Assembly: GCF_009914755.1 (NCBI RefSeq)
Contig: NC_060944.1
Direction: 5' to 3' (one strand)
DNA from: the human T2T-CHM13v2.0 reference genome, Homo sapiens
Length of the DNA stretch: 64,000 nt
Both the position numbers and the translations under genes were made by a program. Shown here piece after piece: positions 43,534-64,000 of this stretch. The notes beneath the pieces are model-generated. The model made no database searches. It worked only from the letters and a program-made list of their open reading frames with translations, and was not told the DNA's origin. Within the stretch, counting starts at the first letter, position 1; each line of letters starts with the position of its first letter.

Positions 43534-45361
43534 CTGTGTGCCAGGAGGTTCCTAGAAGGTCCTCACTCCTCGCACTCAGGTGCTCCAGGGCTAGCCCACT
43601 CCTGGGAGGTGCCCACAACTGACCACGATGCCCACAAGACTGTGGGAAGGGTTGCCCCATGTGCCTTCGTGCCCCTCCCACTGGATCCCAACGAAGGCTC
43701 TTTTCACAACAGGAATCAGAGCATGTCACTCCCAACCTGCCTAAACCCTCCAATGGCTCCCACCACTTTTGATCAAGACCTAAATCCTTTCTGAGTCCAC
43801 CCCATCCTTACAGGGTCTAACCTTGCTTCCATCCCTGTCTTCACCCCTTATTCCTCCCTCTGGGCTCCTCTTCAGGCCCTTGAGGTGCCAAGCTCACTCC
43901 TGCCCTGGGCCTTTGCTGCTGCTGTCCCCTTGGCCTGGAGCACTCTTCCCTGTCCTTTTTGCCCATGTGAGGCTGAGAGGCAGACGGAATCATGGTTGCT
44001 AGTGTAGAGAGGCCACACTACTGGAGTTTGTATTTCAGTTCTGTCACCTTGAACTGGGTGACCTCACCCATCTCTGCCTCCCTTTCCTCCCTCTATACAG
44101 TGGGAAAGATAATAGCACCTACATCTTAGGGTGTTGTGAGGACTGATTGAGATAATCTGTATGGTTTTTGGCAGTTTCTGAAATGCACTGTAAACTGTCT
44201 GGTTCTCCTCCCATCGGAAGGTGAGAATCTGACTGCTCCCCTTGACTCTGGGTGAGAGGGTAGGGCAACAACAATGCTCCATGATTTCAGAGGCTGGGTC
44301 ATAAAAACGGTCTGCAGGGGATTCACTTCCAGAACAGTGGAGTGAGGAACACTGCAGACTGCTTTCTGGTGAAAACAACTGATGATGATTTCTAAAAAAC
44401 AATCATTTGAAGTCTCTGGAAATTGTCCTAAGAGCATACAGCAAGTGAAGAAACACTTATTCAAGAAAATCTACTAAATCTAGGTAAGAACAGTGAGTTT
44501 GTAGAACTTGAGACACAATCCACTCTCTTTCTCCCCTCCATTCCATTTTACTGTTATGGAAACTCAACTGTGAGCAGCCAGGGCCAAGAAGATGGGAGTC
44601 ATTTCCCCCCAAGCTCCTAGTCGATGGGGTACAGCATCTCCCCAGGAAGGGAAGGCTGCCAGCATTTGTCATCCTCCCAACAGCTATATCTTACAGAGGC
44701 TAAACTCCAGGTAGGTGTGGCTGGGAGACTGGGATCTTCCTTCCTCTACCCAGTCCCCACTCATAGGGTGGTGGCCACGCCAAGTGCAGCAGGCTAAAAA
44801 TATTGAAGCCCCAGTTGCTTTTGTCTTAGCTTACTTGTTAAAGCAGAGGTTCCATGCCTGGAGATGCAAGCTGAGAAGACCAGAGACTAAGAATACTGCC
44901 CCAACTCAGCCCTGCTCATAAAGCAAGAAGGTTACTCTGGGAGAAGTGAACTGTTGTCCCTGCCTCCAGCTCCAGAGCAGTGTCACAGATGCTTTGCCCA
45001 AGAGAGAGGCAGGTCATAACAACACAGATCTTTAAAGTTGTCCATAAAGGAACTGACTTTCTTTAGAACAGAGTATGCAGAAATTTAAGCCTAAGAGTGC
45101 CCTCAGAAGCAGTGGCGATTTTGGTAGTGATCAGGGACCCAAAGTTGCTATAATATATCATCTTAAATGTTCATTTTCCAGCAAAGAATTTCAAGACTTG
45201 CAAAGAAATAAACACATGTGACCCATACACAGGGAAAGACCAGTCAACAGAAACTACCTGTGAGAGTGCTCAGAGGTCAGACTTGCACGGACTTCAAAGC
45301 AACCACTGTAAATATGTTCAAAGAAATAATGGAAGCCATGCTTAAAGAATAAGGGAAGGTA

Positions 45362-45660
45362 GGCTGGGTGCAGTGGCTCATGCCTGTAATCCCCGCACTT
45401 TGGGAGGCCAAGAGGGGTGGATCACCTGAGGTCAGGAATTTGAGACCAGCCTGGCCAACATGGTGAAACCCCATCTCTACTAAAAATACAAAAATTAGCT
45501 GGGCATGGTGGCAGGTGCCTGTAGTCCCAGCTACTCGGGAGGCTGAGGCATGAGAATCACTTGAACCCAGGAGGCGGAGGTTGCAGTGAGCTGAGATTGT
45601 GCCACTGCCCTTCAGCCTGGGTGACAGAGAGAGACTCCATCTCAAAAAGAAAAACAAAAA
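45362..45660 (+). mobile_element. Alu (Sx-like)
   Basis: TSD AAGAATAAGGGAAG. Confidence 0.93.
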
Positions 45661-46918
45661 CGAAAATCAAGAATAAGGGAAGCTGTGATGACTGTGTCTC
45701 ATGAACAGAGAATGTAAACAAGAAGATACTATTTTAAAAAACTTAATGGAAATTCTGGAGTTGAAAAGTGCAAAAGAAAAATTCACTAGAGGGGCTCAAC
45801 AGTAGACTTGAGCCAGCAGAAGGAAGATTCAGTGAATCTGAAGACAGATCAATAGAGATTTCGCAGTCTGAAGAACAGAGAGAAAAATATGAAGAAAAAT
45901 GAACAAAGCCTTGGAGAAATGTGGGACACAGCTAGGTGCACCAACATATGCACAATAACATATATAACAGAAGGAGAGCAAAGAGAGAAAGGAACAGAAA
46001 AAAATGTGCAAAAATAATCACTGAAGCCTTTGCAAATTTGATGAGAAACATGAATTATGCATTGAAGAAGCTTAATGAACTCCGAGTAGAACAAATGCAA
46101 AGTGGTCAACAACCAGATACATAAAAGGAAAATGTTGAAACCCAAAGATAAAAAGAAAATCTTGAAAGCAACAAGAGAAACACAGCTCATCACATATAAG
46201 GGAACACCAAATAAGACCGACAGCAGATTTCTCATGTGAAACGATGGAGGCCCTAAGGCAGTGGGACAACATATTCAAAATGCATAAACAAAAACTACCA
46301 AGCAAGAATCTTACATCCAGCAAAATTATCTTTCAAAAGTGATGATGAAAGAGATATTTCCAGATAAACATAAACTGAGAATTTGTTGCCAGGAAACTTA
46401 CCTTACAATAAATACTAAAGGAAGTTCTTCAGACAGTAATTTGAATCCACACACACAAAAGCCAAAGTGCTCTGGGAAAGGCAAGTAGATCGTTATGAAA
46501 GGCAGTAAGAATGCATATTTATTCACCTTCTCTTAACAGATTTTTAAAAATAATTTGTATATAATTGTATTGTGGGGCCAAGACATATAGAAATGTAATA
46601 TATTTTGATAATAATAGCACACAGGAGGTGAGTGGGAGCAGAGCTGTATTGGATTAAGAAAGTGAGACCAGATGGGAACTGGAATCCACAGGAACAAATG
46701 AAGAGAACCAGAAATTATAAGTAAGAAAGTTAATAAAACAAAGTCTTTTAATATATACTTGCTCTCCTTTCTTCTCTCAGCTTCTTCAAAAGACATAAAA
46801 CTATATAAAGTAATAATTATAACAAAGTACTGTTGGTTTTGTAACATATGTAGATGTAATACATATAAAAAGAATAGTGCAAAGAGGAAGAAGAGAGAAT
46901 AGTGCTATATAGGAGTCA

Positions 46919-47220
46919 CTGGGCACGGTGGCTCACAACTTTAATCCCAGCACTTTGGGAGGCCGAGGCAGGCCAGTCACTTGGGGCCAGGAGTTCAAGA
47001 CCAGCCTGGCCATGTATCTCTACATATAATAGATTGAAACCATGTATCTCTACGTATAATACAAAAATTAGCCAGGTGTGGTGTCATGTGCTGGTAATCC
47101 TAGCTACTGGGGAGGCTGAGGAGAATTGCTTAAACCCAGGAGGTGGAGGTTGCAGTGAACCAAGATCACGCCACCACACTCCAGCCTGGGCAATAGCACA
47201 AAAATCTGCCAAAAAAAAAA
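46919..47220 (+). mobile_element. Alu (diverged, with internal duplication)
   Basis: Alu body. Confidence 0.88.
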
Positions 47221-47376
47221 GATAGAAATATATAGGAGTAATATTTCTATATATCACTGGAATTAAGTTACTATAAATCTGAAGTCAATTCTGATAAGTT
47301 AAAACCTATATAGTAAGCCTAAACTGGTCATTAAGACAAACAAACAGAACAGTGAAAAAGCTATTAAAGAAATTTA

Positions 47377-47833
<457 letters not shown>

Positions 47834-48300
47834 TCAATGATAGCATTAAATGTGATTGGATCAAGTCAAAAGGGAGAGATTTCCTGACTAAATAAAAAGC
47901 CAAGATCAACTATATACTGTGTGCAGAAGATACACTCAAGATTCAAAGGTTAAAAGTAGGTTGGGCGTTAAAGGCTGAACAAAATATATCACGCAAACAG
48001 CAACCATAAGAAAACTTGATTTGCTATATTAATATCAGGAAAAAGACTTTAAAATGAAATATGTTACAAAAGATAAAGAGGAACATTTTATAATGGTAAA
48101 AGGATCAATCGATCCATTGGGAAGACATAAAAATTATAGACAGATATGCCCCTAACAACAAAGCCCCAACATGTGTGAAGCAAAAACAGAAAGAATTGAA
48201 GGGGCAAATAGACAATTCAAAAATAATATTTGGAGACTTCAAAACCCCACTTTTAATAATGAATAGAACAACTAAACAGAAGACTAAAGAAGGCAATAGA

Positions 48301-48613
<313 letters not shown>

Positions 48614-48696
48614 GAAGGCAATAGAAGACTTGAACAACACTAAACCAACAAGACCTAAAAGACATCTATAGAACATTTCACACAACAACAAGATAA

Positions 48697-49078
<382 letters not shown>

Positions 49079-49230
49079 CAATAAATTTTAAAAGATTGAA
49101 ATCATACAAAGTACCTTCTCTGACTAAAATGGAATGAAGCTAGAAATCAATAGAAGAAAACCAAGATAATTCACGAATATGTGAAAATTAAAAACACACT
49201 CAAACAACTAATGTGTCAAAATAGAAATCA

Positions 49231-49710
<480 letters not shown>

Positions 49711-49728
49711 TTAAAGAACTACAGAAAG

Positions 49729-49918
49729 AATACAAAAATTAGCCGGGCATGGTGATGGGCACCTGTAATCCCAGCTACTCTGGAGGCTGAGGCAGAGAAT
49801 GGCATGAACCTGGGAGGCAGAGCTTGCAGTGAGCTGAGATCGTGCCACTGCATTCCAGCCTGGGCAACAGAGCGAGACTCCGTCTCAAAAAAATAAATAA
49901 ATAAATAAAAAATAAAAA
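49729..49918 (+). mobile_element. 5'-truncated AluY-like
   Basis: 'gaatggcatgaacc...gagcttgcagtgagc' Y diagnostics; TSD AAAGAACTA(C/G)AGAAAGAA. Confidence 0.85.
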
Positions 49919-50032
49919 GAACTAGAGAAAGAAGCACAGACTAAACCCAAAGCTAGCAGAAGAAAGAAAATAATTAAGATTGGAGTGGAAGTAAACAAAA
50001 TAGAGTATAGAAAAACAGTGGTAAAAAAATCA

Positions 50033-50347
<315 letters not shown>

Positions 50348-50549
50348 TCAAAGAAACAAAAAATTGATCAATCAAATTGACAAACCTTTAGCTAAACTGG
50401 CTAAGAAAAGAAGATTCAAATTACTAAAATCAGAAATGGAAGTTCGGACAGTACTACTGAACTTACAGAAATAAAAATAATTATAAGAAAATACTATGAA
50501 CAATTGTGTACCAGCAAATTGGAGAACCTAGATGAAACGGACAAATTCT

Positions 50550-50957
<408 letters not shown>

Positions 50958-51495
50958 TCAAAAGCCATCCAAAAAAGAAAAACCTTTGACAAGTCCCTGG
51001 TGAATTCTACCAGACATTTAAAGAAGAACTAACATCAATCTTTCTCAAACTCTTCCAAAAAATTTAAGAGGAGGGTCGGGGGGCTGGGAGATCCAACATG
51101 ACCTCATCCACATGACTGGCAATTGGTGCTGATTGTCAGCAGGAATGTCTGTGTTCTCCTCCTTGCGGTCACTCTTGCTCTGTTAGGTCAGACATCATCC
51201 CTTACATAGAGGCCCAAGGGTCCAACGGTCCAAGTCCAAGACTGAAGCTGCAAGGTCTCTTGAGGCAGAGGCTCTGAAAACCACATGATGTCACTTCTGT
51301 CACACGCTATTGGTCAAAGCAAGTCACATGCCTCACTCAGCTTCAAGTCAGTGGAGAAACAGACTCCACCTTGGATGGGAAGAATAGCAGAGTCACATTG
51401 CAAAGGGGTGTGGATAAGGGTTGGGAGGAATGTGTAGCCATTAATTTACACCAGATAATGTGAGTGTTTGCACTTTACAAGGTCCACAGGTCCAC

Positions 51496-52241
<746 letters not shown>

Positions 52242-53101
52242 TGAAAATTTAGCCAGAGGATTTCATGCTGGTTGTCTGAAAGCCAGGAGCTTCTAAAAAA
52301 CTTTCAGGGTAGCTGTCTAAGCATGACCTCATGTCATCCTGTTGTGAGTACTAAATTAGTTAATTCAGGGGAGGCACTCAGAAAAGTGAAGAAAGGGAAA
52401 TCTTATATAAATCTTAGAAATCTCATAGAAATCTTAGGAAAGTGCCTGGCGTGCAGTAAACACGTGATACATTTCAGTTGTTATTATCTTCACAATAATT
52501 TTTTTGGGTCAGGCTTGTTATTTTCCCTGTTTTACAGATTAAGGGGCAGAGACTCAGAGATGCGCAGTAAGTCGCCTGAGGGTTACGCAGCAAATAAGCA
52601 GGGAAGCCAGATGAGAACCTACATGACAGAGTCACCCATGTGTGAGACTCCAAAGCCTCATTCAGGTGCACAGAGAGGCGGTTGTGAGGACGTTCACTGC
52701 TGCGTTGCCTTCAGTAGCTTAACATCAGAAACAGCGCAGATGTCCACCAACAGGGGCCACCCAGTAAACCCCAGCACGCCCAGCCAAGGAGTGCTTTGTG
52801 CTGGTTACAAGAAATGAGGTCACGCTATACATAGGACATGGGATCATCTCCAAGACATTCTGTTCAGTAAAAAGAACATCTGAAAAAAAAGTTCCATAAC
52901 CCACAGAAAATACTGCCAAATATTCCAAAAAATCTAAGTCCAAGTGTGTGTGTATGTGACCTCTGGAGGCTGATCTGAAGCAAATGTAGGTGAATTAAAC
53001 AATAGGATCTATTTATAGGACTCTTCTTTTCCTACTTTTCTTTATTTTTGTTGGATTTTGAAACATGTTCAAAGAAAAATTCAGAGTACAATAAAGTACC
53101 A

Positions 53102-53441
53102 GTCGGGCATGGTGGCTCACGCCTGTAATCCCAGCACTTTGGGAGGCTGAGGTGGGTGGACCACCTGAGGTCAGGAGTTCGAGATCAGCCTGGCCAATAT
53201 GGTGAAACCCTGTCTCTGCTAAAAATACAAAAATTAGGTGGGTGTGGTGGCAGGCACCTGTAATCCCAGCTACTCGGGAGGCTGAGGCAGGAGAATTGCT
53301 TGAACCCAGGAGGCAAAGGTTGCAGTGAGCTGATTGTGCCACTGCACTCCAGCCTGGGCGACAAGAGTGAGACTGTGTCTCAATAAATAAATGAAAGAAA
53401 GAAAGAAGAAAGAAAGAAAGAAAGAAGAAAGAAAGAAAGAA

Positions 53442-53481
<40 letters not shown>

Positions 53482-53500
53482 AAAGAAAGAAAGAAAAAGA
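53102..53500 (+). mobile_element. Alu (Sq/Sx-like) with ~100 bp (GAAA)n tail
   Basis: Alu body 53102-53395, then GAAA repeats. Confidence 0.93.
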
Positions 53501-53870
53501 ACCAAGAAGAAAAAATAATCACCGGAGATTCCTCCCCTCCCCTAGAGCTAACTAGGCTAACATTTTGGTATATATCTTTCCAGTCCGGATCCTGTGTGAC
53601 TGAGTGTGTATATGCATATGTATTATTTTCAACTGTTGGCTTTCTCCTTGTGGTCCAAGACAGCTGCTCCAGATTTAGCTATTACATCTGTTTCCTGCCA
53701 GCAAGAAAGGGAAAATGGGAAGTAGAGGGCCTTTTAAGTATACAACCTAGAATTTACACACATTATTCTTTATCACATCTCATTTCTCTAAATGTAGTCG
53801 CATGGCCATCCTGGCCAGAAGGAAGCCTGGGAAATGTGGTCTTTCCTCTGGGCTGCCTTGTGCCCAGTGA

Positions 53871-54447
<577 letters not shown>

Positions 54448-54872
54448 AGGGAGGGGGGCTGGCGGTTGTTCAGAGTGAACAATTCAAAGTCAGGTCCTCC
54501 CTCTTGGAGCTCAGAGACTTGAAGAGCAAGGACCACTGTCAGGACACAACCCCATTTGCAAGGCCGGGGACACACATACAGACCCACAGGCCATTGTAGA
54601 GAAAGTGTTAAAAGATGGAAGTCAAGCCACGGCCACTGGAAGTGGTGTGCCCTGAGAGGCAGAGGGTTCTCCCTAAGCCAGGGAAGGACAAGGCAGGGCA
54701 AGACAGAAACTGGGCCTGGGGCCAGGATTCCTGAGCTGGGGCTAGATTTGCCCAAATCTAGGGCAGGGCTGACTGGGTCAAGCACAGCAGGGAGCCAGGG
54801 TGGGTCGATCCCCCTGCCACAGGCTTCACTCTTCTGGCTCTGGTTTCCAGGCAGTTCTAAAAGCCTCCCAGT

Positions 54873-55181
<309 letters not shown>

Positions 55182-55528
55182 TGTCTCCCAGAATACACCA
55201 CCCCAGCAAAATGGCAGGAGGGAGTGTCACCTGGGGACCTCCACTTTGGAGGTTTGAGTGGGCAGCTTTAAGCTGGAACAGTCACTCTTGCTGTGGGTTC
55301 TCAGGGCGGAGACTGAGCCCCCACCCTGCCTCCTCAAATGCATTTCCTCTCAGCTCCCACCTGCCAGCCCAGGAGAGAGGGAGGGCCATTCTGTCCTTTT
55401 CCTGCAGAGTCCCTTTGTTCAGTTGGTGACCAACATCCTGAAAAACATTCTCAGGAGATCAAAAAGAAGAACATTTTGGTCTATGTGGTAGGTTGGCCCA
55501 GTGCACCACGCCCAGTGCAGGTCCCTCT

Positions 55529-56539
<1,011 letters not shown>

Positions 56540-56662
56540 CTCTTTGCCCAGGGTGATGTTATTTCTCTCCAGGATGGCTGCAGCGGCTTCTGAGCCTGCT
56601 TGCATCTGGTGTGGTCCCTTTCAATGTCACGCAGGCCAAAGCAGCCCTCCATCTCTCCATGA

Positions 56663-57507
<845 letters not shown>

Positions 57508-58113
57508 CTGATCTCATTCTTCAGAGAATTTACCTAGCTGGTCACTTGGTGTCTGTAGGAGCATCGCCTCTCAGGCCTGCCTCAAAACTGCATTTCAGTT
57601 GGGAGTGGGGCGGGGGGAGGGAGAGTGTAGTTTGGGGACATCAAGCGTCTGTGGTGGATCTCCTCCCAAAGTGAGACTGCTTTTTAATGATATTTATTGA
57701 GCACTTACTGTTTGCCACTGCGGTGCTAAGCACTTTGCACATACTAGCTCAGTGCATCCTTACAGCAATCCTGGGAGGGAGGTGCTTTTCTCATCCGCAT
57801 GTGCTGACAAGGCTGAGAAGAGCTGGGTCTTGCACGGTACCTTAAGGGCTAAAGACCTGCAAGGATGGTGCATGAAAGCAAAACCAGAGAGGCGCCTTTT
57901 CCAAATGCCAATGCGCCCTCCACCCAGTCCTTCACAAACCACATCAGCATGGATAGCACCACACTCCACAGGCTTTTCTGCATCTCCTTTGTGTGTGTGC
58001 ACATGTGTAATTAATTCTGGGGCAACTTCCTACATCAGTACAGAGAAACTCCTTGATCATTATCCACTCCAACATCCTTCCTGGGAGGGACTGACTGGAA
58101 ACCCAAATGCCCT

Positions 58114-59075
<962 letters not shown>

Positions 59076-59303
59076 TCTTCAAATGTCTTTCTACAGAGGG
59101 TTGGTTAAATAAATGTGGCATCTCCACAAAAGAGAATACTACACAGTCATGGCAAAAAAACAAGGAGCCTGTTTTCGTTGTTGAATGAAAAGTGCAAGGT
59201 GCACAACAGTTTACTACTTTTTCTGTAAAAAAAGAGGTCTGAGAAGGCTGTATTTGCCATTTGTATAATCTCTGGAAGGGTAAACAGCGACTGATAAAAG
59301 TGC

Positions 59304-59304
<1 letters not shown>

Positions 59305-59335
<31 letters not shown>
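59305..59335. repeat. (TG)n microsatellite
   Basis: Direct reading. Confidence 0.95.
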
Positions 59336-59337
<2 letters not shown>

Positions 59338-59434
59338 AGAGAAACTGGGCAGATGAGGGAGAGGAAAGGGATGAAAACTTTCTCTGTACACCTTATATTT
59401 TCTGATTTTTTGAAACACGTGACTGTATTACCTA

Positions 59435-60377
<943 letters not shown>

Positions 60378-60424
60378 GAACTTCTCCTTTGAAGGAAGAT
60401 CTGAGTGTAAAAGCAGGGAATGCC

Positions 60425-60430
60425 TTTATT
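60425..60430 (-). terminator. SLC52A3: Polyadenylation signal AATAAA of SLC52A3
   Basis: TTTATT on + strand at 60425-60430, preceded in the transcript by a U-rich upstream element (reverse complement of 60432-60467). Confidence 0.85.
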
Positions 60431-61319
60431 TAAAAAAATGAAAAACAGAAACTAAAACAAAATAACAATCACCTCTGTTGCCTCCATTTGAGAGAATACT
60501 TCCAGGGGCTCTGCATGTCTGGTCCCCAACCTGGTCGGGGAGTTCACTTTCAGAGGCTCAGGGATGGGCCTTCCCCAGCCCCACCAGCAAATCATCTCTC
60601 CCTGCTTCCAGGAGGGTACTTACTCTCCAACTAGTGGGCTTTATGGGCCAGGAAGGATGACAGGAAGGGGTGTGTGGGGTACTACGTCCCTCCACACTGA
60701 GAATCCGAAAGCCAAGATGCCCAAGATTCTATCGTTATCTGCTTGTCTTGTAGAAGCCCCTCTGTGAGACTGAGGGGCAAAGGAGAGAGGGCAGGGGCGT
60801 GTCTCAACCCTTCTGGCCACTTCTAGGTTGTGCAGACTGCCACTCTTGTTACTACGATGGACTGTCAGATCAGCAGGTGGCCCAGGAGGGCTTGCTTGAT
60901 GCGGGCTGCTTTTTCCTTTTGCCTCCGTGCCATGCCTGTGAGGTAGTTGGTACTTACTGGAATCCCCACTGCATGCATGAAGAAACAGGCACAGAGAAGC
61001 CAAATGACTTTCCCAAGGTCACACAGCCTGAAGGGACAGCCGGCTGTCCCAGCTGTTTCCCTTCTAACACCCTTGGGCCTGCCTCCAGCTAGATGCTGCA
61101 AATCAGTCCTCTCTTGAGAGTCAAAGCAAAGGAGATCTGAGCTGGTCGTCACAGGTAGTGTGACACAGAGTTGGGGATAGAGCCGCACCTTGCATTTCCA
61201 GGTGCCATCTTCCCCACAGTCCCCAGTGGGCACTTGCGTTCATGATTCAATTACTCAGGCTCTGTCTCTCTGTTCCTGCCCCTTGCTCTGTGACCTGGCC
61301 TCTCTGGACCCCAGTTCCG

Positions 61320-62253
<934 letters not shown>

Positions 62254-63806
62254 TTAGACCCATGTGGAAAATTCCAGGTTGCCTGGCTCAAGTGGGTCAG
62301 GGAGGCTCCTGAGCGGGCAGGGCTGGCCTGAGTCATCCCCAGCATTAACGGCAGGGCCTGGCACCCCGGCAAGAAAAACATAATGGACTCTGGCACCGGA
62401 TGGTCCTGGTTCAAATCCCAGTTCTACTGTTTAAGCTGAGACTCGCCTCTGAGCCTCCAAATCGGAGTTTTGCAAGGCTGCATGACCTCCAGGAGCAGAG
62501 CATGCAGGCCTGGCTCCGCTGTGGGCCCACCTGGTGTTTACCTGCTGGCATTTCCTCCTGCAACACACCCTCAGCCTCAGCCAGGAAGCTGAGTTGAAGT
62601 GAAGATGGCTGGATCGGGCATTGGCACAGTAGGGTTTGCTGTGCCTCCTCAGGAGACCCCTCCCCTTCTGGCCTCAGCTACCTGCCTCTGCAATGTGGAG
62701 TTTGCTGATCTCCAGGGGTCCTGGCAGCTGGCTTGTTGCTGCTAGGAGCATCTCTCTACAGGTGGCCTTCCATGCAAACCTACATCTGGGACCACTGTCC
62801 TTCCTCAGAGGTCTTTGTCCCTGGGGTCCCAATCTCTAGAACCCCAAGACTGGTCCACGCCCTGGGTAAGAACAGACAGAGGTCTGCCTATACCCTTAAA
62901 GACCCTTTCTGCTCCAAGATTCTTGGATTCCATGACTCAGATTCTGTAATTCTAATATTTGGGGTTTCTTGGATTTGCAGGTCTGAGCCTTTGGTCCTGC
63001 TTCCCTCAAATCCTCCATCCTCTTTCCAGTTTCTAGGTCCCAAGGTAGAAAATCCAGCTTCCTGGCAAGCTTTCTGTCAAGCTCTTCTGTCCTCACTGTC
63101 CTTCTTCTGGGCTGGGAGAGTGGGTGTAAGCAGGCCAGTGAGGACAGGCAGGCCAGCGTGGATACGAGGCTGTAGGACCCACCTCAAATGTCAAGATCCC
63201 AAGGTGGTAGTTCTCCTACAGGGGTCTGAAGCCCCTGCCTCAGAACCGTCTGGTTTCCTTACTAAAAATTGAAATCCCAGGTCCCAGTCTAGGCTGGTTC
63301 AATCTGCATTTTATCAACTTGCCCAGCCATTCTTCTAGAACTGTGGCTCTAAGGGAACCAGCAGGAGGTTAGAGGCAGGAAGGCAGGGCCGAAATCCTGG
63401 GAATTAGACCAGGTCAAGCTCTTTCTCCAAGCCTCAGGGTTTCCCCTTATAAACGGGAACCTCAGTGGCTATCTGCTCCTCCTCATGGACTGATGACAAT
63501 GATGGTCAACACTTAGGCTGGACCTGCCACGTGCCAGGCACCGCTCCAAGAGCTTTATAGAATCAGCTCATATCATGCTTCCAGCAGTCCTAGGAGGTGG
63601 AATGTTACACTCCCATTTTCCGATAAATATCCCTGAGGCACAGAGAACTGAAGTGACTTGTCTTACACACAGCTGACAGGTGGCAGAGCTGGGATTTGGA
63701 CCAGGGTGCTCCCCAAACATGTTCTTAACCACTACATGTACAGCCCAGTAGGTGCGTTTGGAATTCTGGGTTCTGAAATGAAGTGTTCCCCCACTAGGAT
63801 TCCCTA

Positions 63807-64000
<194 letters not shown>

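Noticed and set aside
47011-47061. Small local duplications (47011/47041 in an Alu; 13549-13610 in L1; 41207-41236)
   Set aside because: Ordinary slippage events inside or next to repeats; no sign of function.

Overview
Primate (almost certainly human) genomic DNA, repeat-dense and nearly all non-coding. The only protein-coding sequence is the 3' part of SLC52A3 (riboflavin transporter RFVT3/C20orf54) on the minus strand at the right edge: end of exon 3 (64000-63826), exon 4 (62152-62029), exon 5 CDS (61566-61354) and a ~0.95 kb 3'UTR ending near AATAAA at 60430-60425. From memory of 20p13 gene order (not visible here), the other ~60 kb is the intergenic interval between SCRT2 (beyond the left edge) and SLC52A3. 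It holds about 45 Alus or Alu fragments, two large old L1 remnants, MaLR/ERV1 solo LTRs, MIR/L2 and hAT relics, microsatellites and two orphan CpG islands. Almost all other ORFs in the track are Alu/L1, GC-rich or antisense artefacts. I see no new gene system. The most unusual structures are: (i) two complex rearrangement scars, each pairing a short copy of sequence from ~1.2 kb away with fold-back inverted repeats (19.9-20.1 kb, 4.9-5.2 kb); (ii) a helically phased POU-octamer array with a Sox site at 7.9 kb; (iii) a 3 x 93 bp G-quadruplex-type tandem repeat fused to a homeobox-motif-bearing CpG island at 10 kb; (iv) a consensus CTCF site in the 28 kb island. Repeat family names are by eye and most repeat boundaries are approximate.
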